Assembly: GCF_036321535.1 (NCBI RefSeq) | Contig: NC_087436.1 | Coordinates: 44,146,001-44,210,000, forward strand | Source: Camelus dromedarius | Taxonomy: Eukaryota | Direction of reading: 5' to 3' | Length of the DNA: 64,000 nucleotides | In this document: piece by piece, positions 39,584 to 52,135 of the stretch | How the letters are laid out: every line of letters begins with the position of its first letter | Numbering within the stretch: the stretch's first letter is position 1 | Position numbers and translations under genes: made by a program | Notes under the pieces: model-generated | Databases searched by the model: none | What the model was told of the DNA's origin: nothing | Seen by the model: only the letters and a program-made list of their open reading frames with translations

Positions 39584-42500
39584 TGTCCAAGCCAGTATGT
39601 ATTTTTATAGACTCAGCCACATTTAGAAACTATTAAATATTAAAATTCCAATTTGTTGGCCTTTAACACAATACTCTGAAAAGATCCTGTTTAAAAAGGT
39701 CTATGCACTCACTATTCTTATCTCTAGGATAGTCTGTGTACATAACTTATTTGAATGAATTTAGAAAAAAATCAACACTCTGATGGTTGAACTTAGTAAA
39801 GCAACTATATGCCATATTACTGGAACTTTTTCAACCAGGTATTTTGTGTAATCAGGGATTGTTTGAGTTGGATCTCCTTTCTTATAGGAGAAACCTTGAA
39901 TTATCAAGATAATCATGCTTTTAATAGGTGTTTTCCACAGATTGTTCATAGATGTGTAATAGCTAATTACTAAAGAGAAGAAACTTCTAAGATACACTGC
40001 AATGATGTATTTTATGTCCAAGTTTAGCTTCTGTTATGTGAGAGTTGCTTCTTACTGTTCTGGGCATTGGTTCAGACACCTCACCCAAATACTATCTTAC
40101 GGGTTTCTTGAACTTGTACTCTGGATTATATACTACATTCATAAAAGTTGTAGGAGTCAAACATACACATGTGAACTATACTCCTTTCCAAATTTCTAGT
40201 GGGGAAGAGTACAATCATGGGCATATAAATATAGATGAAAAGACTACTAGTTGATAGATAAAGACTATTGTGTCCCTTCCTTCCATAATAACAGAATTAT
40301 AAGGTAAATTATAAAGTAAATTAAAGACTACAGAACATTATCTGGGATATGAGGACTACATATCCCAGTCTTTCTCAAAGCTAAGAGTGTCCATTTGTCA
40401 AAAATTCTTATACCAAAGATGTATGAGAAGTTATGTGTGATTTTCTAGGCTTGGATCTTATGACACATCTAATGAGCTGAAAAACAGATGTGTCTCCAGC
40501 CCAGTTTCCTTCAGGCAGAAAAGGTGCTAGTGGAGTAACAAGGGGGGAAAAATGTGGTTCATGGACCATGTGGTCTAGAGACATGTGTTAACATGGAATA
40601 CTATAACTTTAGATCTGAACATTACACCAGTATTTCACGAGCGTAACTTTTACTCTAACTGCTTTTTGGCTATGAGTACCAGAAGCTTAACCATTTAGAA
40701 TCTCTATTTGTTCAAGTTTTTCTCTTTCCTAAGTAGATCTTGGGATGGCTCACAAACTCTTCTCAGTAGCCATTGTGGTTGCTCCTCTACACTGCCTGAG
40801 CCAATTTTTTTGCTCTGGCTTTTGTTCTGATGTCCTTCTGTGTTTCCCATTTATAGGACCTTGATATAACCTTGAAGCCTGTGGATATTGCAGTGATACC
40901 TCTCCTGCAAGCGTGAGTGGTCTTCATTTCTTCTCCAAGCATCTTCTTTCTGTTTTTGCTGAGAAGGCTTCATTCTCATTGTTGTTCCAATGATTTTAAT
41001 AGACATCTCCACGCTTCTTTCTCTCTCAAAGAATGCTTATATTTGACTCATACATTCTGTCTTATAGTTAACTTGGAACCAGTTCCCTAGGGCAAGACTG
41101 GTAGTCCCATGTCACTTCTCACCATCAACTCATGCTCCAACATGGAGCCTGAGCCAGGGAGCTGCTGCGCTATCAGGATTTATGTAGCTGGGTCAACACA
41201 AAATAGTGTCTTTTTACTACTTTAAAATTAAACTCATTCAAAAGGCATTCATTACAATTTCTTATGTAATGGATAATATTTCTAACCTACTAATATTATT
41301 TCTCTCTTGAAGAAATTGTATGTTGTGCTCTTATATATTTTAAAATTAAACAAATAACTGACTCTTTCTCATCCATCCTGAATAACAAACTTCTCTTCTT
41401 AATGTCTAGGAGCATTATGCAACAAAAAGAAATTCAGACTTAAGGTCAAGATCTAGGCACTAATCCCAGCCCTTCTGTTTACTTACTGTTTGACTTTGAG
41501 CAAGTCAGTTAACATTTATTGGTCTCAGTTTCTTTACCGATAATACACTATTAATAATTCCTGTCACCCAGAATAGTTGAACATCATGAAGTCACAGCCT
41601 AAATTCTGACCTGGATTTAGAATGAGATCTCTTCAGTCACCGTTATTTCTAGATCATTTGTTTTAAAGAATAAATGATTTTTATGTGCAGAATACAAGCA
41701 TGTTTAATAGTTATTGTATTGCAATTGAATTTTTATCTAAATAAGGATAAATGACTTTCTAATATAATTAACATTTCTATCCTAAACCCTGTTGAATTAT
41801 GTATAGTTTCCTGGAAAAGAGCTTGTCCTTAATTTTAGGAGTATTTTACTTTCATATTTATTTGCCAGTTTAATTTTACCCATATGTACATGCATGTGTG
41901 TATAATGCATATTTCCACAGAAAAAAGTACAATCTGCTCTGGATTTTCACTGAGTTTACTGTAGCATAGTTTGTTTTATATGGTATATGATTTCTGACTC
42001 CTAATCCCACATCAGGAGCTTTATAGCTTTTATTAGGTCCAGTAGAAATTGGCGGATGTTTCAGGGTACAGGATTTCCCATTTTTCAACATAGGCTATTT
42101 TTCAGTAGCCATGTAGCTGAGCTACTGACCAAGATGAGTTGATTTAGCTTTCTTAGCTTGAAACTACCCTGCTGCTCTCTTGGGAGGATATGTCCTAAGA
42201 ACATACTACACTAAGAGGTTTAGCAGGGAGGGAACTGGCATTAAACACTTCTGTTAAAATCATGTTGGAATCAATGATGTAATCCTGGTAGAAGTGAGTT
42301 ATTGACTTCTTAATGTACAAGGGAGGCACTGACTCCTTAAGTTTGGTACTCTCTGCTTCTCCTCCAGGGAACAGGAATCTGCTAAAGCCTTAAGGAATGT
42401 GAGGGGTTACCTCTTGTGGGAGGAGGAAGTTGGCTCTTTGAAAGTCACGAAGCAGGTCAGCATTTCTTCCTTCTGTGTTTTCATCATTAAGTTTAATATT

Positions 42501-42719
42501 TAAGGGTATCACCTATAAAGGAAACATTCATTTTATATATATTGGTCCTTGTTTGAAGACCACAGTATGGCAGTAATCCAGCAGATGAAATAAGAGAAAT
42601 CTGGTCATAAGGTATTTACAAGCTTGGATGACCTATGGGGAAACAGAGAAAAATGGTGGTGTCTTCCTCAGCTTAAGAAGAACATAACAAAGGCATTAAT
42701 TCTTTTTCCATATGAAAAT

Positions 42720-44206
42720 AGCATTATTTTAATTTTTTGATTTGATAGTATACTATTATATAGAAAATTCAAACAAAATAGGAAATATAAAGAAGGAAAT
42801 ATAAATAGCTCTCAATACTATTATTCAGGCTTTTATTCATAGTTCATGTTTTTGTAAAGATCTATTCAGATTTTTTTAGCAAATGTATGCATATAGAGTT
42901 ACGTATATGTATGTATATGATATATATGGTTTTGTATATATATCTGTGGTATAAATATATATATATATATCTTTATCTTTGTATATTCTCATACTGTGTA
43001 TCAGTGGTTCATAACTGGGGACTATGCTCCCCTCACCTATCCAATTGAGAATCAGTGACTCAATGAGCCACTTTTAATTGTGGACTCTGTAAAAGCTCTC
43101 ATGATCTATGATAGCAAAAAGTTGAAAAGCATTATCCGTATAATACTGCTTTGTAATTAGAATTTATACTCTGTGATCTTCAGACCTCTCTATGTCAATG
43201 AATAGATGGCCCATTTTTAAGGCTGTGTGCTCATTCATTGTATAGCCACACTTCAATTATTTAATCACTGTTCCACTGATGAACTTTGTAGTTGTTTCCA
43301 TTTCCTTCTCCCTCTCATTACTGACAATGCTTTGAAGAGCATTTTTGTTTATACATCTTTATGATTCTTTATCCTCCTTGGGATATGCTATTAGAGGAAG
43401 GATGTCTGGGACACAGAGAAAACATTTCATATTTGCATATTGCTAGATTGTCTTTCAGAAAGATTGTATCATTTTATACTCCCATCAACAATTATGAGTG
43501 CCCCCAGAGCACTGATAATCTTTAAGATCATTACCAATTGACCAGGTGGAAAGCAGTTAATCGTTGTTTATATTTGCATTTGAGAGTGTGTAGTTGGTTA
43601 GGATCTTAGGCTCAGGAGTCTGACTATGTGAGTTCAAATCCTAGCTTTATCACTTAACAGCTTTCTGACCTTATGCCAATTATTTAACCTCTCAGTGTCT
43701 CAGGTTACTCATCTGCAAAATGCTGATAATAACAATACAAACCTTGTAGGATTGTTGTGAGGATTAAATGAATTAACACGCATAAAGCTTTACAACATTT
43801 CCTGGTAAACTCTCTCTAATAAATGTTAGCTATTGGTATATTTTCATGTTAATTACTACTTAATTTTTTCATTCATTAATTGTAAATTCAAGTTCTTTGC
43901 TATATTCTGTGATGTTTATCTATTATTTACTGATTTGATAGAGCTCTTTTATTTTTAGTTTATTTTTTAAATGCTTTTTGAGATTTTACTTTGTATGCTG
44001 AAGTTGTATATTACCCCCAACAAACCTAAAAAGAGAGTATATTCACCTTGGCATAATGTATAGGAATACAAATTATGTTGTCAGGAGACTCTTGGCATCT
44101 TACTTACCAGAATGTAGGGCTCTCTATACTTTATTGTGAGTATAGCCATATAAATTAGGCTATAATGACACTGGAGATGTTAAATTCTGAAATGTTGATG
44201 GTGATC

Positions 44207-44244
<38 letters not shown>

Positions 44245-44710
44245 TTTTAAATAAAAGTAACAAACTATAATGGCGACTGCTTCAATTTACGTTGCTGTTG
44301 TTTTTGTTATGTGAGTAGAGTAAGAACATCAGTTATCAAATTCTTTATTAAGAAATCAAAATATTTATTTATTTTCATTCTGATAGTTTCTGAAATGAGA
44401 GCTTATTGTCAGTCTGCTGATTGTTGATAGAGCTCTTTTAATATTATAGATATTAACTACTTGTCTGTCATATATGCTACAAGTATTTTGGTTTTTTGTT
44501 CGGCATGTCTTTGTACCATATATGGTTTTACCATTTAAGTAATAAAATTTACTCATCTTTTAAGATTTCTGGCTGAAAAAGCCTGCCTCGTTGTAAAGAT
44601 TATAGAAACATTCATCTCTGTTTTCTGCAAGGAATTTAATGATTTATTTTTTACATTTAAGTCTCTGACCTATCTTGAATTGAGTTTGATAGCAACAATG
44701 AGGAAAGATC
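42720..44710 (-). mobile_element. Old L1ME-type fragments interrupted by a Charlie-type MITE (~42980-43135), a MIR (~43585-43830) and a TSD-flanked insert
   Basis: Antisense L1 motifs on both sides of the nested inserts (agattgtctttcagaaagattgtatc; tacatttaagtctctgacctatcttgaattgag). Confidence 0.65.
44210..44243. repeat. (CT)n microsatellite
   Basis: About 15 CT units. Confidence 0.95.
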
Positions 44711-45314
44711 TAACAAAAGCTTTACCCTTTGAGGATGATAAAGTGATCAATTTGAGCACTACAGAGACATACAAAATAATAGAATTTCCAATTTTCCTTT
44801 GGCAGGCAAAGTCTATATTTATCTTTTAGGAATTATTTTTCATGATCTAAAGTAGGGTTTTAATTTACTTCTATTTCTCACTCTCATTTTCTTTTACATT
44901 TCTGTTCTTTCTGAAAAACATCTGCTCTTGGGATTCCTTTGAAAGTTTAACAGAGTTTCTTCCCAGGAGCCAGTTATTCCCACCATATCAGGATTTCACA
45001 TCGAGATAATTGATTTTAATGTTGGCTTTTTACAAGATTAAAATATTTCCACATAACAATTCCTACTGTGAGCATTGTTTGGACTAAAACTGCTGAAATA
45101 GTTGCCAATGAGGATGAATGGCTTTTACTGCTGATTTGAGATCCCTTTGTAATTTTGGCTCCTACTGTGCACTGGCCAGAGTGATGATTTCATCAGTTAA
45201 TCAACATATTTAATAATGTCCATAAAATATAAAAGTATCCATAACAATGAACTTGAATGACCTATTTATCATGAACATAACACAGATATTATTTACATAC
45301 GTATTAGCCATCTC

Positions 45315-45830
45315 TTGTGTACCACTGCAGATCCACTTGGCCTTATCTTTCATTCCAGTCATGGTTGCAGGGAACAAGTTTGCACAGATGTTGACCTGCT
45401 TTGTATATGTGTATCCAGAGTGCCTTGCCTCAGCCCATATGTGGCTTCTCTGATACCTGCACCTTGGGATGTTTGAACACACATGAGCAACCTGAAAGTG
45501 TGGAAGAGTTTGTGAGCCATGGGGCAAACCTTGACCAATGGGAGTTGTGAATTGACAGGTAAATGCTGCACCCTTTCATCCTTCCAACAGATGACCTGGA
45601 GATACAGTATACTCAATCAGTCTTTTTAGAAAAAGTCCCACAAATCTAGCCCGGTAGTGGCCCACTCCATATTGTACCTTTGTATTGGCTATTTCTCCTT
45701 TTCCATCCTCTCTTGTCCTTCCTGGCCCTTCTTGTCTCTCACTCTTGCTCCTGCAGCAGTAGTCTTTAATAAACCACTCATGCATCAGACTTCTCTAAGA
45801 CCCTGCTTTTGAAGTTTCTTAGGCTGAGCA
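45315..45830 (+). mobile_element. ERVL solo LTR (LTR33/LTR16-like)
   Basis: ccatggggcaaaccttgaccaatggga motif, AATAAA near the 3' end, aggctgagca terminus. Confidence 0.65.
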
Positions 45831-46476
45831 GTTACATTAGAAAAACATATTTAAAAAATCTTCTGGTTATTTGTATGGTGGCTTCCATGAATTAGAAAAT
45901 GTAACTACTAGAGAATAGACCTTTGAAATTAAAAAAATAGGCTGAAAGTTGTCTATTAAAAATTTTTTTTCATCTTCTATATATTACTCAAATAATGTTC
46001 AATTTTTTTGAAATTTAGCAAAAATCATTCTTAAATTAACTAAGTAAAAGGCCTAGAAAATTTACTTGTATATTAATAATTTTTTATTGTAATTTTTTTT
46101 GAAAATACAAATTTATTACTTGTTTACTTAGGTTCTTATTTAACATGTAAGTTTGATTTAACCATTGATATTTAGTCTAAAGAAGTGTTACTTTTGTAGA
46201 AGCTGAACACAAAGAATCAAATTCTATGATTCATTTCTGTACTCAGAATAAACCATGGTTTTGGTATAATAATTATAATAAATATTTAAAAAATCTAACT
46301 AATATAAGAAAGTCATTACATTCAAGTTCATAAACCAATAATTGATGCAAAAGTGAGTTATAAACTGTGAAGCACTGAATTAATTTAAAGTTTCACTAGC
46401 TATGTAAGATTGTAAATATACTTTTAAATTAGAACTCCTACACGCTATATGGATAAAGAACAGCTCCCCTAATCTT

Positions 46477-46495
46477 CGGCCACTAGATGTCATGG
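46477..46495 (+). promoter_or_regulatory. CTCF-like motif
   Basis: CGGCCACTAGATGTCATGG; the GTCA variant of GGCR is common; local CpG retention. Confidence 0.5.
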
Positions 46496-48414
46496 CAGCT
46501 CCGTATAAGAAGCCAAGGGTGGGGGAGGGGTTAGCAGCGGAATCACCCATTTTAAGACATACTGCTCTGTTGCACAGAGGTGTATCATTCTGCATCTTTT
46601 AAAATTTTACAAAATGCAGAATTATCTTCAGCCAAAATAAAAATCCAGCTAATATTAGATCTTTTCATGTGGTGATAGAATAAATGTGTTGGTAAAGAAA
46701 ATTTAAGTGGTTGAAAACCACTTAAAGCAAATTTTGCTTTTGGATAACGTCATTGTTCTGTTCTCACTCTAACTCCATTAAAAAAAACCAAAACAACCCT
46801 GTGAGCATTTAAAATGGAAAGAAAAAAGGACGTTTCTAAAAACTAACTGGTTATAGGAAGACTTACTGGCCTGGGGAAAAACTGGGCATAGCTCTTGGCC
46901 AGTCCATGTATAAGTGCAAAAGAAATATAGCATAAGATTAAAAACATAGCATGTAGTTAAAAACCCGAGTTTTGGAATGCCAAAAGCCTGGCTTTTGATG
47001 TGGATCTTCTCTTTAATAGGTATGTGATGTTTTACTCCTCAGCTGTAAAGAAGTGTTGATAGTTCCTCAAAGCGTTGTTTTAAGGTTCAAATAGGATGAT
47101 GACTATAAAGCTTTTAGCACAGTATCTTACACATTGTAAACATTCAGTGAGGGGCCATTCTCATTATAAAGATGGAATTTCGTACCTAATGTTTTAAAAT
47201 GAAAAAGCTCAATACTTCAAATACAAATAGAGCATAAGCTTTAGTCAGTTTTCTAGGCAAGAAACAGCCCTTAAGTGGAGTATAATATAAACAACCCCTC
47301 CTAAAGTAAAGCTATCATGTATGTTGAAATAGAATCTTTTTGTGACTGTGGGCATGGAAAGGAATTTCTCACTGGAGTGATCCTCATTAATATCTTCGAC
47401 ACCAAGTCCCCTCTTTTATTATTATGTTTGCTTATAGCAATGACAGTATCCACAAAGGTTCTTGCTTTTGCATCTCCTTACATTCCACCTAGGGGTTGGG
47501 AGTCCAAGTCAGATGGCCGTGTGCTGGGTGCACCTGTTTCCACTCATTCTGACAGTGGAGCATTTAATGTGGAAAGGGCAGCAGGGCATAATCCCAAGAC
47601 TATGCCTTACATTCCAGAGGGTCTGAACTACAGATGATCCCATGACACCTTCCTAATATGCATGGAATAATGTGATATTGGAGGTTCCAGGGCAGCAGAC
47701 ATCTGTCTTTAAATGTGGCTTTTCCAAAATGGTGATGTATATGATACCTAGAAAACAACTCATACTTACTTGTGTGTATTTGTATAATGGCCAGAGATAA
47801 AGACTTTGATATTTCAAAAGTGTTTCAGCACATAATATTAACATGACTGTAGTTCAGAGGGATGAGAGGGGCAAATAAGAGGATGAGTATGGTTTGACTC
47901 TGGTAGGAAAGGCAAGATCATTGAGAAGTGGTGGAGAGACAGGCTGCACCATCCATTTGTATGGCTTTGCTGGCTTCAGTAGGATTTAACAGTTCTGTTC
48001 TCCTACTTGCTACAGCTTTTGGAAAACTTTGGTGTAAAATCTGAGCAAAGAGACTGAAGATGAGATAAAAAAAAAGGAAAGTCTAGTGAATAAAAGGATT
48101 TACTTCAATAACTCCCCAAATCCTACCACAAGTGAAATGATCATTTCAAATACTACAAGGCAGAAAATGAATCAGCCATAGTACTAACGATTACAGTATG
48201 AGACGATGATTCATATGAAAGGCAGCATAATTACTGTGAATATCAGATTGGATTTCAAAATGAGGAAATAACATTTTAGTACTTTCTTGGCTAAGGATAA
48301 ACATAATTGATTTATGAATAATATGAGGGTCCAGCTTATCTGGCAAATATATTGTATTTCATGTAGAAATAAGCTTAAAGGCGTTTTTCACATTTCTATG
48401 TGAAACCTAATATT

Positions 48415-48540
48415 CACACGCCAGGGAAGTGAGGAGGAGCAGTGACTGGAGCCACCGAGAGATGGCCGCTCGGCATCAGACGTGCCAGAGAGCAGCCCTC
48501 CCGCTGCACGCCAGCGGCGAGATCAGTGGTGCCTCCGGCT
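48415..48540. promoter_or_regulatory. GC/CpG-rich patch (candidate enhancer, promoter or exon)
   Basis: Ten CpGs in about 125 bp within CpG-depleted DNA; ETS core GGAAGTG, two CACGCCAG, one ACGTG. Confidence 0.5.
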
Positions 48541-49449
48541 TGAAAAAATGATAGGCAATGGTTTATTTGTTCATTTATCTAGTTACTTAAAATAAAAAAA
48601 TTGATTTATTAGAAAGAATGAGCACCTATCTTCCGCAGAGGCTATTCTGAGAAAATTTCTTCAGTCCTGCTTCATGGGGAAACCGTGCATCCCACACAAG
48701 TCCCTTTCTGAAGGCGCTGTTACATGATGAGCTTCTCACCGGTACTGAATTTAAAGGGTTAGAGGAAATCACATTTAGAAATGTTTTATAAATAAAATTG
48801 CCAGGTCCTGTTAGGTTCTTTGAGTCATTTGTAGTGGAGTGACTATAGTCTCTTGGTTAAGTGGGGCTTATTTACTGCCCTGTTTATTTGAGGCAGGGTG
48901 GAGTAATGGTTCAGATCAGAGAGCCAGTCAGACTTCCTGGCTTTGAATCCAGGTTCTGCTAAGTATAAGCTCTGTGACTTTGGACAAGTTGAGTGGCACC
49001 TATCTCATAGATATGTTATGCTGATTAAACTAATATTTGTAAAGTGCCTGGCACAGTGCTATGTGATTGCTAAATAATAATCATACATTTGATCTTTTCA
49101 ATAATCCTGTGAGAAAAGCAAGACATATAGGATAAAAGAAGTTTTTGCAGTTAAAAGAGACCTTAGATGTCATCTAGTTCAAATCCCTCATTTCAAAGAT
49201 AAAAAAAAGTACCTGAAGTGTTATTATTTAACAAAGTAATATAACTAGCATCTAAATGTGGGTTTCTTAATTTCTCTGGCTGTTTCTTCCCCCACCATAT
49301 TGCTTTTACTTCTATAAAATATAACGAAGAGGAGTTCTTAAATAATTTCTTCATTTATGAAAATACTTTCTGTGATAAATGCAGCAGTAGAATTAGGAAT
49401 TGGCATTGTACAAATTATACAAAGGCATGTCAATTTTTTAAAAAAGTAT

Positions 49450-49950
49450 CTGCTACAATTAGATTTAACTGCATAATAACAGCAAACCCCAAATGTCTTA
49501 GACAAAATTTATTTCTCATCCATATGAAGGAAACAGAGAAGAGAGCACAAGGCTCTTTTGGTGATTCTATGGTCATCAGAGACCTGGGCACCTTCTACCA
49601 TCTTATCTATCATTCTGTGGATGGTTTTCATTTTCAAGATCACCTCTGGGTCCAAGATAGCTGCTGGATCTCCTGCCCTCATGTCAGGTGTCCAGGATGC
49701 AGGAAGAAGGAAGGAAGAAAGGATAAACAAATATTTTCTAAATGAGTTAGTGTTCTTTCAGCAGTCTTCTATGAAGTTTCAATATCATCTTCCACTTACA
49801 TCTCATCATTCAGAAATTTGTCACATGTCATGCCTGGCTACAAGGGATACTGCAGACTGCTTTCAACCAATTATCAAATAAAATGTGGGTTCTTCTATTG
49901 ATAAAAGAAGGTATGTATATAGAATGGTAATTAACCATCTCTGCCATAGA
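49450..49950 (-). mobile_element. MLT1-type MaLR LTR
   Basis: ggtccaagatagctgctggatctcctgcc..gtcacatgtcatgcctggctacaaggga. Confidence 0.7.
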
Positions 49951-50509
49951 TAGGGATAGTTTTTCTTACCCCCTTTCCTCCTCACACTTCCTTTTCTCTT
50001 GCATTGAACTAAGAAAACCACATATCCATGTAGAAGAAAATCATTTTTTCTTTTTAAAAGGATATTGAATTTGTATATTAGGATCTTATTGTTGCAAGAA
50101 ATAAATCAATTTATTTTGGACTAAGAGGAAAGAGAGAAGTCTATTATAAATTACAGTGGTGTTTTGTGGAACTCAAAGATAGGAATGAAGAAATGCCAGG
50201 GAAGGCCAGGAATTGAGAAAATGTTGGAAATACAAGCAGTTTACTTTCAATTTCCAAGGTCTTTGCTTCTTTCTGCACATGGTTCTTTTTTCACTTTGAA
50301 AATCTGTTTCTTCTGTGCCCAGAGTCAACCTGCTTGTAAAGGACAGAGCTGGGATTGGCATCCAGATCTTCTAATTTTCACTCTATTAAAATCATTATTT
50401 TAATGTTTTCTTCCTCCTCCTCTACCATAAAGCAGTAGAGTTCCTTCTCTTTACTGATTCACTGTCATCTCCCAATAAACTTTAAATAAATTTTGAATTT
50501 GTTATTTTT

Positions 50510-50672
50510 AAAATTCTTTATTGAAGTATAGTTGATTTACAATGTTGTGTTAGTTTCTGGTGTACAGCATAGTGATGCAGTTATACATACATATATATAT
50601 ATATTCTTTTTCATTATAGGTCATTACAAGCTGTTGAATATAGTTCCCTGTGCTATACAGTAAGACCTTATT
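50510..50672 (-). mobile_element. Short LINE-1 3' end
   Basis: ttattgaagtatagttgatttacaatgttgtgttagtttctggtgtacagc..tagttccctgtgctatacagta. Confidence 0.8.
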
Positions 50673-50799
50673 ACTTGTGTGGATCAGAACCTTGAAATCT
50701 GATTTCCAGAAATGCTTTACAGTGTCTGATATACTACTTGGCATGGAATACTAAGCAAACTTCCATTCTCAGATGTTTTCTCAAGCCATGTATTTTCAT

Positions 50800-51600
50800 A
50801 GATTGATGTTAAATATTTCAACTATCACCTCACATTGATGATTCCAATTACACATTTCCATTTTAGACCTCTTTAACTTCAGATTTTTATTTTTATATGA
50901 ATATTGGTCACCTTCACTCAGGTGTTTTGTAGTATCCTTAGTACCTTCAAACTCAACATATCTATGATCTTATTTTGAAATCAGTTCTTAAGCTGCATCC
51001 ATCCAGGCATCAATGATCTTCCTTCCCCTTCACGTCTACTTCCAGTTAATTGCCGAGCCCTACAGAATCTGTCCCCTAAAGCTCTTATTTCTTATGCGTA
51101 TTGCCATAAGTAATACACTTATAATCTTGTTTTTGTACAGTTGCAGCTGCCTCCTAAATCTTATCCCTATCTCCAGGCTCATCTATTCTCTGCATTGTCT
51201 TAAGAGTAATCTCTTAAATATATAAACATGGTTATGTTACTTCTCTACTTAAAATTCATCAGCATTTCCCTTTTACTTACAGAGCAATGGCCAAATTCCT
51301 TGCTAGCGATAGAAGGCTGTTTATTATCTGATTTCTTTATATTTAGCCGATCTCGTCCCCATCTATCCCTCCATATGCTTTGGCGGCATTGAACTACTTG
51401 CAATTCCCTAAATGCAACAGCAAAGGTCACACTTCTATGATATTGCACATATTAATTTTCCTTCCCTCTAAATCCCTTTACTCTGCTCTGTTGTCTTTGT
51501 GAACTTCTACTCATCTTATGAGACTCAGTTCAAGCGTCAGTTCTTCTCTGAAGGCTTCCCTGATCAGCATGCTTCCCTCTTTACTTTCCTCTATTTTTCC
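50800..51600 (+). mobile_element. L2 LINE fragment
   Basis: ccttcaaactcaacatatc..aacttctactcatctt..gactcagttcaag..tctgaaggcttccctga. Confidence 0.65.
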
Positions 51601-51689
51601 TCCAAAAGTTATTTTCTTCTTTCGTTGGATCATATGTCATGTATGTTTGAGAAGCCAGAAGAGCAGACTAAAGCAGATGTTATAGTTGT

Positions 51690-52135
51690 CTCCCAATGTC
51701 TGGTCTGGCCTTATGTATTGAAAAAGACAGGCATGTGGCTGTCCCAATGAGAGCTACCTTTCCCAGCCTCCCTTGCAATATGTGTGACTGTAGGACTGGG
51801 TTTTTTGCCGATGCTCTGCACACAGAATGTTGTGTGCAACTTCTGAGATGTGCCCCTTAAAGTAAAGGGTATGCCCTTCCCTTACCTCTTTACTCTTCCC
51901 GTCCACTGACTGGAACCTGGGTAAGATGGACCATTTTTGACTATGCAGATATGGGCAACACCCTGGGATGGCAGAGCAACAAGACAGAAGAGGCCAAAGT
52001 CCCTGATACTGTGGAGCTACCATATCCACTCTGCACTGCTTACACTTAGACAACTGTGTGCGAAAGATAAGCTTCTTTATTGTTTAAGCCCTTGTTTAGA
52101 ACACTTATATCCTAGTACAAATATTCAGATACAAC
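51690..52135 (+). mobile_element. MLT1-type MaLR LTR
   Basis: tttcccagcctcccttgca..gggatggcagagcaacaaga..ttctttattgtttaagcc. Confidence 0.65.

Noticed and set aside
47317..47637. 106-aa plus-strand ORF with a possible acceptor near 47437
   Set aside because: No recognisable homology, and its phase does not fit the upstream exon candidates
47770..47846. Minus-strand exon-like segment (good acceptor, CAA|GTAAGT) reading MLILCAETLLKYQSLYLWPLYKYTQ
   Set aside because: No homology recognised; shows how easily chance exon-like matches arise in this window
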